This document shows, one piece after another, positions 15,946-24,011 of a stretch of 64,000 nt of DNA. The notes under the pieces were generated by a model. It was not told the origin of the DNA. It saw nothing but the letters and a program-made list of their open reading frames with translations, and made no database searches. Source of the stretch: Verrucomicrobiales bacterium. Its GTDB lineage: Bacteria > Verrucomicrobiota > Verrucomicrobiia > Methylacidiphilales > JAAUTS01. The position numbers and the translations under genes are program-made. Numbering within the stretch: position 1 is the stretch's first letter; each line of letters starts with the position of its first letter. Location: assembly GCA_031265105.1 (NCBI GenBank), contig JAISDC010000267.1:6448-70447 (forward strand), read 5' to 3'.

Positions 15946-18015
15946 TTACACGTCACTCTTCGACAACAACGCCCGCGCCGCGCTGACGAAGCCGGCGGTG
16001 CCGAGGCCGTATTTGTCGTACAGCTCATCGGCGGTGTAGGCGGATTGGCCGAAGACGCCGGGGATGCCGAGGCTCCGCCCGCTGATGCTCACGCCCGCGT
16101 TGATGAGCGCGTGGAATAATTGCGCGCCGAAGCCGCTGTTCAACTGGTGGTCCTCGGCGACGACGACGCGGCCCTTGGTCTTGCGCACTGCCGCGCTGAT
16201 GGTGGGCAGGTCAATGCGGTTGACGAAGGGGCTGTTGATGACCGTCGCCGACACTCCGTCAGCGGCCAGTTGGTCGGCGGCGGCGAGGGCTTTGCCGACT
16301 AGCGGGCCGTTGGTGACTAGCGTCACGTCCGTGCCTTCGCGCAAAACTTGCGCCCGGCCCCATTCGTACCGCGCGTTGTCCTGCCAGGCCACCGGATAAT
16401 TTTCGCGGCCGAGGAAGAAGACCACCGATTCGCCGTCGCGCCCGGCCTCACGGTCGGCGGCGATGCGTTGAATCGCTTGATAGAGGTACGCCTCGGCCTC
16501 GCCCGCGCACGAGAGCGCGATGACGATGGTGCGCGGGATGGGGCTGACGGCGGCGAAATACGTGCTGGCTTGGTGCGACGCGCCGTCGGCGGCGTCCTGA
16601 AAGCCGGTGTGCGAGAACAGCGCGATGACCGGCGCCTGTGAGATGGCGGTCATGGTCAGCGGCAGCAGGCCCTTGGTGACGCCGAATTGCGCGAAGGTGT
16701 CCACCAGCGGGATGAGGCCGAGTTTCGCCAGGCCGGTCGCGGTGCTGACCATGTTCGCCTCGGCGATGCCCACGTCGAGCGCGCGGTCGGGGTAGGTTTT
16801 TTGGAACGCGGCGATGCCGGTCGAGCCGGCGAGGTCCGCTGACACTGAGAACACGGGGTAGCCGTCCTGCACGGCGCGAATCGCCGCGCGTGACAGGCCC
16901 TCTTGAATCTTGGTCTTTTTCGGCCCGCTGACGGTGACCGGCGGCGCGGCCTTTTTCGCGGCTTCTTTGTCGAGCCACTGCTGGCGCAACGCCCGCGCCC
17001 ACGTGACAAATTCTTCCGGCGCGGCGCCGCTGTAAATTTCGTTAATCCAGTCGGGCAACTTGTCCGCGTTGCCGAGCGGGAAGCCGTGACCGCCGGCGGC
17101 GTTTTCCTCGGTCGCCTTGATGCCGTAGCCCTTGACCGTCTTCAACCACAGCGCGACCGGCTTGTTAGGATTATTTCGCGCCGCTGACAATGCGTCCTCG
17201 AGCGCGTGATACACGGCGGGCAAGTCGTTGCCGCGCGCTTCCTTGATGACGTGCCAGCCGAGCGTCGTCAGCGCCTCAAACGTCGGCGTCATGCTGAACG
17301 AATCCTTGGTGATGCGGCCGCTGAGCTTGGTGTCGTTGTCGCTGATGATGAGCACGAACGGCGCCAGCAACGCTTTGCCCGCCAAGCCGGGGATGGCCGC
17401 GAGCGCCTCCTTCGCCTCGCCCTCCATCGCCGCGCCGTCGGAGAGGATGCACAACGTCGCGCGGTCGCGCCGCAGCAGACCGTCGGCGAGCGCCAGGCCC
17501 TGCGCCTGCGGCAGGCTGGAGCCGAGCGGGCCGTTGCTCAACAACACGCCCTCGGGGTTGAGGTGTGACTCGCCGTGGCCGGTGAGCTTGCTCTTGAGGC
17601 TGCGGAAGTTTTTCAAATCGTCGAACGTCAGCCCGTCGAAGCCGTAGTTGGCGCGCACGGCGTAGATGCCGTTCTCCGCGTGCCCCGCGTCGTTGACGAA
17701 ATTATAAGCGTCAAACCACTCGCGCCCGCTGACGCTGAACATGAGCGCGTGAATGGCGGCGGACGCCTCCGCCAGCGCCGCCGGCCCGCCCCAATGACAG
17801 GCCGCGCCGCCCATGACCGCGTGCATGTCCATCAGCGCGACCAGCGCCCGCGTGGCGCGCGGGTCGGCGACGGTGACCGGCTGGCCGGCGCGGTCACTGA
17901 CGGTGACCGAGTATTTCGGCGGATTTTTCGGCGTCCCCGCGAGGCGCGGTGTGACCTTCAGCGGCTGCAACGGTTTCGCTTCCAATGTTTCCGCAACGAC
18001 GGTGTGTGCTCCCAT
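15946..18015 (-). CDS. Transketolase-family thiamine-diphosphate enzyme
   Basis: 689 aa. The TPP-binding region includes NGPLGSSLPQAQGLA, ILSDGAAMEGEAKEA and ISDNDTKLSG. Pyrimidine-binding and C-terminal transketolase-like domains follow. Confidence 0.75.
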   Translation of the reverse strand: MGAHTVVAETLEAKPLQPLKVTPRLAGTPKNPPKYSVTVSDRAGQPVTVADPRATRALVALMDMHAVMGGAACHWGGPAALAEASAAIHALMFSVSGREWFDAYNFVNDAGHAENGIYAVRANYGFDGLTFDDLKNFRSLKSKLTGHGESHLNPEGVLLSNGPLGSSLPQAQGLALADGLLRRDRATLCILSDGAAMEGEAKEALAAIPGLAGKALLAPFVLIISDNDTKLSGRITKDSFSMTPTFEALTTLGWHVIKEARGNDLPAVYHALEDALSAARNNPNKPVALWLKTVKGYGIKATEENAAGGHGFPLGNADKLPDWINEIYSGAAPEEFVTWARALRQQWLDKEAAKKAAPPVTVSGPKKTKIQEGLSRAAIRAVQDGYPVFSVSADLAGSTGIAAFQKTYPDRALDVGIAEANMVSTATGLAKLGLIPLVDTFAQFGVTKGLLPLTMTAISQAPVIALFSHTGFQDAADGASHQASTYFAAVSPIPRTIVIALSCAGEAEAYLYQAIQRIAADREAGRDGESVVFFLGRENYPVAWQDNARYEWGRAQVLREGTDVTLVTNGPLVGKALAAADQLAADGVSATVINSPFVNRIDLPTISAAVRKTKGRVVVAEDHQLNSGFGAQLFHALINAGVSISGRSLGIPGVFGQSAYTADELYDKYGLGTAGFVSAARALLSKSDV

Positions 18016-18126
18016 AATAAACTCCAGTGTTTGGTTAATTTAGTTCTGACAAAGGCATGATGTTAGCGAGCCATCCTGCCGAGGCAAGTGGGGAATTGGC
18101 TCGGTGCCGCGGTGGTTTTCCCGGTG

Positions 18127-18188
18127 AACGCTGAACTACCCCGTCTGCTTGCGCGGCCATCCCTTCGCGGAAGGGGTAGTTCAGCGTT
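18127..18188. repeat. REP-B hairpin (AACGCTGAACTACCCC ... GGGGTAGTTCAGCGTT)
   Basis: 16-bp perfect stem enclosing CCATCCCTTCGCGGAAGGGG. It lies between the activase and transketolase-like genes. Confidence 0.8.
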
Positions 18189-18219
18189 AGTTTGGAGTTT
18201 TGATTTTGAGATTTGAGAT

Positions 18220-21200
18220 TTAATTGGCATTTGGAGTTTGGCATTTGGAATTTTCCCCGCCGGGAAGACTCGCCGCCGCCAATTCCTCCCTTGCGCTGTG
18301 GATGAGGAAATGCAGCCGGTTGAAAATATTCACCTCACTCACGCCCGGGTCGAAGTCCAGGCACAGCAAATTCAGGCGCGGATACAAATCGCGCAAACGG
18401 CGCTCAATACCCTTGGCGACCAGTTGATTGGCGATGCAGCCGAAGGGTTGCACGCTGACGGCGTGGTGGATGCCGCGTTCGGCGAGGGCGGACAACTCGG
18501 CGGGGATGAGCCAGCCCTCGCCGTATTGCGCGGCGGGGCTGACGAGGCGCGTCGCGGCGGCGTGACCGTCAGCGAGATTTTCCAGCGGTTGCTGATAACG
18601 AAACCCGGCGGCGGCGCGGGTGAATTTTTCGCGGTACAACTCCAGCACTGTTCGCAGCGCGGGGTCTAGCAAATCGCTGACGGTGAGGCGGGACAGGTGC
18701 TGCTCACGGTTGCTGCGGCGGTTGAAAAATTCCTGCAGGAAAAAATCCGCCAGCGGCGGCACGACCGGCTCCACGCCTTGCGCGATGAGCCACTCGACCA
18801 GGTGCCGGTTGCCGGCGGCGTTGTGCTTGACGTAAATCTCGCCGACCACGCCGACGCGCGGGCGCGGCGCTGACGATGGCGTGACGGCGTTGAACTCGCG
18901 CGCGGCGGCGCGCAGCAAGGCGGGCAACGCGGCGGCGTCCCGTCGCCGCACCCGCGCCACCCCGTCGGCGAGATACCGGTCGCGCACCCGCGCGGCGGCG
19001 CCGGGCGCGGTCTCGCGCGGCGCGGCGGCGTGATACATTGACGCGAGACTGTCAGCGTAAAACAGCGCGGCGACGGCGAGCCGGCGGCGCCCGCGCCAAC
19101 GCAGGCGAAAACCGGGCTGCGCGTTGCGCACCGCGCCGGCGGCGGTGCCGATGGCGACCACCGGCACGTCGGCGAAACCGGCGGCGCTGACGGCGCGGCG
19201 GATGAGCGCGGCGTAAGCGGTGGCGCGGCATTGCCCGCCGGTCTGCGTGATGGCGAGGGCGACCTGGTCGCGCCGGTGGCGGCCCGACTCGAGCGCGCGG
19301 ATGAAATCGCCCGCCACCAGCGTCGCCGGATAACACACCTCATTGTTGGCGAACCGCAAGCCGCGCTCGGCGGACGCGGCGTCGGGCGGCGGCAGCGTGA
19401 CGGCGCGGTGCCCCAGCAACTCCAGCAACGGCGCGATGAACGGCGAGTGGCACGCGGAGAAAAACGGCACCAGCAGCGCGCGGTCACGGTCAGCGGCGGT
19501 GTATAATTCCCCTTCCGTGAAGGGGTGGCGGCGCGCGCCGACGGGGTAGTTCAGCGTTTTGCGCTGCGTCCCCTCTAACGCTGAACTACCCCGTCCGCTG
19601 CGCGGCCACCCCTTCGCGGAAGGGGAATTGCCCAAGCCGCAATCACGCGCGGCTTCCAATGACCTTAGCGGAGCGGAACCATTATTATCCGCCGACGGTG
19701 AGGAAAAATTCACCGCCGCTGACGGTGCCACTCGCCGCGCGAGGCTCTCAATCAGCGAGCGCGCGCGCAACCGCAACGCGCCGGGCGTTTGCATATCGTC
19801 CACCTTCAAAACCGTGTGACTCTTGCCCGCGCGCCGCAACCGGTCGCCGACCGAGTCCGTGAGAAACGCGTCCGGCCCGCAACCGAACGACGTGAGTTGC
19901 ACCAACTGCACCTGCGGCGGCGCGGCGGCCACCCACACGGCGGCCTGGCGCAAGCGGTTGGGATACGACCAGCGACCGGCGGCGGGCGCGCCGCCCCGCG
20001 CGACATCCTCGCTGACCACATCGGCGCCGAGCGCGCACAACAACTCGGCGGCGCGGTGCTGTATCAGCGGGTCGGCGTGATACGGCCGCCCCGCGAGCAC
20101 CAGCAGCGGGCGCGAACCGTCATTGCCGGCGACGATGGCGCGCGCGTGCTCCGCCGTCGCCCTGACAAATTCATCCTGCGCGGCGAGCGCTTGCGCGAAG
20201 GCTCGGGCAAAAATCCTCGCGCTAACGTTGAGCGTGCCGACCAAATACTCGCGGCAGGATTTTCGCAACAACCCGACATCGCCGAACGTCAGCACCGGCG
20301 CGTCCAGCGGCACGCCGTGACGGTCGGCGGGATTGATGGCGCTGCGGATGACGTCGGCGTAGCCGCTGACGATGGGGCAGTTGTACGCGCCGTCCCGCTC
20401 GCGCACGGCGAACGGCATCAGGATGCGGTCCACGTCGCGCGCGAGCAAATCGCGGACGTGCCCGTGCGCGAGCTTGGCGGGGAAACAAATGTTGTCCGCC
20501 ATGACGCTCGCCGCGCCGCTCTCCGCCAGCGCGGGCGTGGAGGGCGCGGAGAGCGTGACGCCGCACCCGCCGGCGGTGAGCAGCGTGTGCCAGAACGGAA
20601 AATTCTCGTAGCAACCGAGCGCGCGCGGGATGCCGATGTTCGGTCGCTGACGGTCACGCTCACCGTCAGCGGCGGCGCGGTCGAACAGCAGTTGCAGTTT
20701 GCGCGGGAAAAAATTCGCGCCGCGCCGCCGCCGCTGGCCGCTGTTGGTGAAAATTTTCTCGCACTTGTTGCCGGAACAAAACGCGCCGCCGCCGGCGAAC
20801 CGGCGCAGCGTCACGCGGCAATGATTGTCGCAACCGGGACACACGCGCTCCCCGGCGGTCGAGTTCACCGGCAGCGTCAGTGCCGCCAGTGGGCGCGGCG
20901 GCGCGGTCACCGTCAGCGCGCGCCACGCCGCGCCGTAAGCGCCCATCAGCTCCGGCAGCGGCGCGATGGCGATGGGTTTCCCTAACAACCGCTCCAGCGC
21001 CCGCGCCACGGCGTGATTCCGCATGACGCCGCCCTGCACGACCACGCGCGGGCCGAGTTCGTCCGCGTGTTTGAGCTTGAGCACTTTGTACAAGCAATTT
21101 TTCGCCACCGCGTAGGCCAGGCCGGCGGCGAGGTCGGCGGGCGCGGCGTTCTCGCGCAACGCCTGCCGCACCCTGGAATTCATGAACACCGTGCAGCGCG

Positions 21201-22689
21201 TGCCGAGGTCGCACGGGCGCGCGGCGCGGCACGCCAACGCCGCGAACTCCGCCGCGCCGAGGTTCAGCGCGCGCGCAAAGCCGTCCATGAACGCGCCGCA
21301 GCCCGCCGAGCACGCCTCGTTCAACTCCAGCCGCGTGACCGCGCCGTGCTCGACGAACACGGCTTTCATGTCCTGCCCGCCGATGTCGAGGATGAACGAC
21401 ACGTCCGGCGCGAGCCGCCGCGCCGCCTCGTAGTGCGCGACGGTCTCGACCAGCCCCGCGCCGAGGTTGAACGCCGCGCGAATCAAGTCCTCGCCGTAGC
21501 CGGTGACGACGCTGCCGGTGACGGACAACTCGCCGCGCCCCGCGCGCGCCGCCGCCGCGTGGAAGCGCGCGAGACCGTCACGCGCGGCGGCCAGCGGGTC
21601 GCCGTGGTTGGGCGCGTAGTGCGTGAACAAAATTTCGCCGCTGTCGGTGAGCGCGACGATTTTCGTGGTGGTCGAGCCGGAGTCGATGCCCAGCGCGCAG
21701 CCGCTGCCGGTGAAGTCCGCGAGGTCGCGCGCCGGCGGCGCGTGGCGTTCCTGCTCGCGCCGCCACTGCTCATACTCGCCGCTGTCGGTGAACAACGGCG
21801 GCAGGTGCGGGGTTGCAAGATTGCGCGCGCACATTTCCCGCCGCGCCAGTTTCCCTAACAAGTCGCCGATGGTCACGACGCGCCGCGCGTGACCGTCAGC
21901 GACCGCGCAACCGAGCGCCGGCGCGAGCGCGGCGTGTTCCGGCAAAATACACTCCACCGCGCCGACGCCCAGGCTCCGCCGGCACGCCGCGCGCAAGCCC
22001 GGCAACCACGCCAGCGGTCCGCCGCACAGCAGCAGCGGGGTGGTCAGGTCGCAACCGCGCGCGAGTGTGGTGACGATTTGTTGCGCGACCGCCCGGAACG
22101 CGGCGGCGGCAATGTCAGCGGGCGCGACGCCGCGACTGAGCAAATTCTGGATGTCGGTCTTCGCGAACACGCCGCAGCGCGAGGCGATGACCTGCTCGTG
22201 CCGCGACTCGCGCGCGAGCGTTTCCAGCGCGGCGGTGTCGCCCCCGAGCAGCGTGGCGACCTGGTCGAGAAACGCGCCCGTACCGCCCGCGCAACTACCG
22301 TTCATGCGGATATCCGGCGCGCGCCCCGGCGCGAACAGCACGAGCTTCGCGTCCTCGCCGCCGATGTCGAGCAGCGCGCGCGTCTGCGGATGAAAGCGGC
22401 GCGCCATCGCGACGGCGGCGACGGTTTCCTGCAAAAACGGCAGCCCGCTCGCCTCCGCCAACCCCAGCCCCGCCGAGCCGGTGACGACGAGACTGAGTTC
22501 ACGGTCAGCGCCGAGTCGCGCCGCCGCCAGCGTCAGCGTCTCGCGCAACGCCGCCGCGAGGTCCGCGCGGTGCCGCTGATAGTGGGAAAAAACCAGCCGC
22601 CGGTCGTCGCCGCTGACGATAGCCAATTTCAGCGTAGTCGAACCAAGGTCCAAACCGGCTAACAGCGGAGTTGACGCGACGACATTCAT
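18220..22689 (-). CDS. CoA-substrate-specific enzyme activase / 2-hydroxyacyl-CoA-dehydratase-like fusion protein
   Basis: 1489 aa with two BcrAD/BadFG ATPase modules (GLDLGSTTLKLAIV; GIDSGSTTTKIVAL), a Cys cluster (CPGCDNHC) and a long dehydratase-component-like C-terminal half. Confidence 0.85.
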   Translation of the reverse strand: MNVVASTPLLAGLDLGSTTLKLAIVSGDDRRLVFSHYQRHRADLAAALRETLTLAAARLGADRELSLVVTGSAGLGLAEASGLPFLQETVAAVAMARRFHPQTRALLDIGGEDAKLVLFAPGRAPDIRMNGSCAGGTGAFLDQVATLLGGDTAALETLARESRHEQVIASRCGVFAKTDIQNLLSRGVAPADIAAAAFRAVAQQIVTTLARGCDLTTPLLLCGGPLAWLPGLRAACRRSLGVGAVECILPEHAALAPALGCAVADGHARRVVTIGDLLGKLARREMCARNLATPHLPPLFTDSGEYEQWRREQERHAPPARDLADFTGSGCALGIDSGSTTTKIVALTDSGEILFTHYAPNHGDPLAAARDGLARFHAAAARAGRGELSVTGSVVTGYGEDLIRAAFNLGAGLVETVAHYEAARRLAPDVSFILDIGGQDMKAVFVEHGAVTRLELNEACSAGCGAFMDGFARALNLGAAEFAALACRAARPCDLGTRCTVFMNSRVRQALRENAAPADLAAGLAYAVAKNCLYKVLKLKHADELGPRVVVQGGVMRNHAVARALERLLGKPIAIAPLPELMGAYGAAWRALTVTAPPRPLAALTLPVNSTAGERVCPGCDNHCRVTLRRFAGGGAFCSGNKCEKIFTNSGQRRRRGANFFPRKLQLLFDRAAADGERDRQRPNIGIPRALGCYENFPFWHTLLTAGGCGVTLSAPSTPALAESGAASVMADNICFPAKLAHGHVRDLLARDVDRILMPFAVRERDGAYNCPIVSGYADVIRSAINPADRHGVPLDAPVLTFGDVGLLRKSCREYLVGTLNVSARIFARAFAQALAAQDEFVRATAEHARAIVAGNDGSRPLLVLAGRPYHADPLIQHRAAELLCALGADVVSEDVARGGAPAAGRWSYPNRLRQAAVWVAAAPPQVQLVQLTSFGCGPDAFLTDSVGDRLRRAGKSHTVLKVDDMQTPGALRLRARSLIESLARRVAPSAAVNFSSPSADNNGSAPLRSLEAARDCGLGNSPSAKGWPRSGRGSSALEGTQRKTLNYPVGARRHPFTEGELYTAADRDRALLVPFFSACHSPFIAPLLELLGHRAVTLPPPDAASAERGLRFANNEVCYPATLVAGDFIRALESGRHRRDQVALAITQTGGQCRATAYAALIRRAVSAAGFADVPVVAIGTAAGAVRNAQPGFRLRWRGRRRLAVAALFYADSLASMYHAAAPRETAPGAAARVRDRYLADGVARVRRRDAAALPALLRAAAREFNAVTPSSAPRPRVGVVGEIYVKHNAAGNRHLVEWLIAQGVEPVVPPLADFFLQEFFNRRSNREQHLSRLTVSDLLDPALRTVLELYREKFTRAAAGFRYQQPLENLADGHAAATRLVSPAAQYGEGWLIPAELSALAERGIHHAVSVQPFGCIANQLVAKGIERRLRDLYPRLNLLCLDFDPGVSEVNIFNRLHFLIHSAREELAAASLPGGENSKCQTPNAN
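19505..19629. repeat. REP-B double unit (~125-bp palindrome) inserted in frame inside the activase CDS
   Basis: AATTCCCCTTCCGTGAAGGGGTGG..CGGGGTAGTTCAGCGTT - loop - AACGCTGAACTACCCCG..CCACCCCTTCGCGGAAGGGGAATT. It is translated as ..NSPSAKGWPRSGRGSSALEGTQRKTLNYPVGARRHPFTEGEL.. Confidence 0.8.
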
Positions 22690-22694
22690 GACAG

Positions 22695-23366
22695 TCAGCG
22701 GCGTTTGGTTTGCCGGCGGATTTTTTGGCGTAGTTGCTTGCGTTTGCGCGATTGTTTGCGCGGCGCCAACAACGCGGCGAGCGCCGTCATCAACAGCGGC
22801 TTGCGTTCATCAAGCACGAACGACCGGAACCGCGCCGGGTCGTGGTCGAACACGAGAATATCCAGCAACGGCTTGGCGAGGAACGGGGCGAACAACAGCG
22901 CGTAAACGATGCAGAAAAACTGCGCCAGCGCGCGTTCCGGCGGGACCGCGGCATTGACCTTCGGCGCCAACTCGCGCCGCAGGAACGCGAACAACGCGTC
23001 CGCGTCCCGCTGCCCGCGCACCATTTCCAACAACCCCTGCGGGTCGCGCTGCGCCTCATGCAAGATGAATTGCGGCAGCAGCGGATTATCGAGCAACACG
23101 CGGTGATAGAGGTCGAGGATTTGCTCCAACTTCACCGTCAGCGGCTCCCGGCGTTTGGCGATGCAGGAAAGTTCCGGGAACAACCGCCCCACCGCGCGAG
23201 CGAGAATAGCGCGGAACAGCGCCTCCTTAGTGCGGTGATAATAATGCAGCGACGGCCGACTGAGGCGCGCCTCCCTGGCAATATCGCCCATGCTGGCGGC
23301 ATCGAGTCCGTTGCGAAGAAACACCGTCTGCGCGGCGTTGAGAATGGCGATTTCGGTATCAGTCAT
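22695..23366 (-). CDS. TetR/AcrR family transcriptional regulator
   Basis: 223 aa with an N-terminal HTH (ILNAAQTVFLRNGLDAASMGDIAREARLSRPSLHYYHRTKEALF). Its stop lies 5 nt before the activase start. Confidence 0.85.
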   Translation of the reverse strand: MTDTEIAILNAAQTVFLRNGLDAASMGDIAREARLSRPSLHYYHRTKEALFRAILARAVGRLFPELSCIAKRREPLTVKLEQILDLYHRVLLDNPLLPQFILHEAQRDPQGLLEMVRGQRDADALFAFLRRELAPKVNAAVPPERALAQFFCIVYALLFAPFLAKPLLDILVFDHDPARFRSFVLDERKPLLMTALAALLAPRKQSRKRKQLRQKIRRQTKRR

Positions 23367-23380
23367 GGGGTTAGACTACC

Positions 23381-23404
23381 CTGTTTGACACAACTGTCAA
23401 ACAG
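23381..23404. promoter_or_regulatory. Candidate TetR operator: perfect palindrome CTGTTTGACA-CAAC-TGTCAAACAG
   Basis: 10-bp perfect inverted arms, 15 nt upstream of the TetR start codon. Confidence 0.5.
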
Positions 23405-23432
23405 AAATGTCAGAAAAATAAACCGGGCCAAG

Positions 23433-23586
23433 AACGCTGAACTACCCCGGCGGCTGGCGCCGCCACCCCTTCACGGAAGGGGAATCGCTGGCGCGGAGAC
23501 CAATCCCGCTGACCCTGACCTATGCGCGAGCAAATTCCCCTTCCGTGAAGGGGTGGCCGCGAATGCGGACGGGGTAGTTCAGCGTT
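23433..23586. repeat. REP-B pair in the opposite arrangement (unit - 47 nt - inverted unit)
   Basis: AACGCTGAACTACCCCGG..CCACCCCTTCACGGAAGGGGAAT ... AATTCCCCTTCCGTGAAGGGGTGG..GGGGTAGTTCAGCGTT. Confidence 0.8.
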
Positions 23587-23857
23587 CGGTGCTACCTGAA
23601 AACGACAGAAAAATCAGGCGCAGCCACAAATTGATGACCAACAGCGTCACGGAGCCGAGCAGCCATAACATCACGGTCTTGTCACCGTCAGCGACCGGAT
23701 GGCCGAGCCAATCAAAGCGGATGGGAATTTGTTGCGGCGCGCGGGAATAAACGTGGAGACCATAAAACAAAACTATCGCAAACACCAACCACGCGCCGAT
23801 GACATTAAACCAATCGCGAGCCGTTACCGGCACTTTAATTTTCGGCGGTTGATTCAT
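23579..23857 (-). CDS. Small membrane protein, DUF1648-like
   Basis: ORF 23579..23905; a start at MNQPPKIKVP (23857) is preferred. It has two TM helices and an IPIRFDWLGHPVADGDK motif. The 3' end runs into REP-B. Confidence 0.4.
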   Translation of the reverse strand: MNQPPKIKVPVTARDWFNVIGAWLVFAIVLFYGLHVYSRAPQQIPIRFDWLGHPVADGDKTVMLWLLGSVTLLVINLWLRLIFLSFSGSTER

Positions 23858-23978
23858 GTTTTGATAATGGAAAACCTTGCGCCGTTGCCAAGCAAAACCT
23901 AGCATTACCCGCTAACCGTGAACCGAGACCACGAAGGCACACGCATGTTGCGCCGTCAGCGTCAGCGCCGGATGTATT

Positions 23979-24010
23979 AGTGTTCATTCGTGTCCATTCG
24001 CGGTTAAAAA
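23979..24010. repeat. REP-A half element
   Basis: AGTGTTCATTCGTGTCCATTCGCGGTTAAAAA, immediately upstream of the ABC-F start. Confidence 0.75.
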
Positions 24011-24011
24011 T

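Noticed and set aside
15627-16028. 133-aa minus-strand ORF between the small membrane gene and the transketolase-like gene
   Set aside because: It is composed of the antisense of the duplicated methyltransferase 3' fragment plus the REP-D hairpin.
19789-22662. Series of 250-400-aa plus-strand ORFs (19789..20985, 21013..21858, 21889..22662) and many shorter ones inside the activase gene
   Set aside because: All lie antisense or out of frame within one continuous 1489-aa ORF that carries BcrAD/BadFG motifs. Their composition is that of GC-rich shadow frames.
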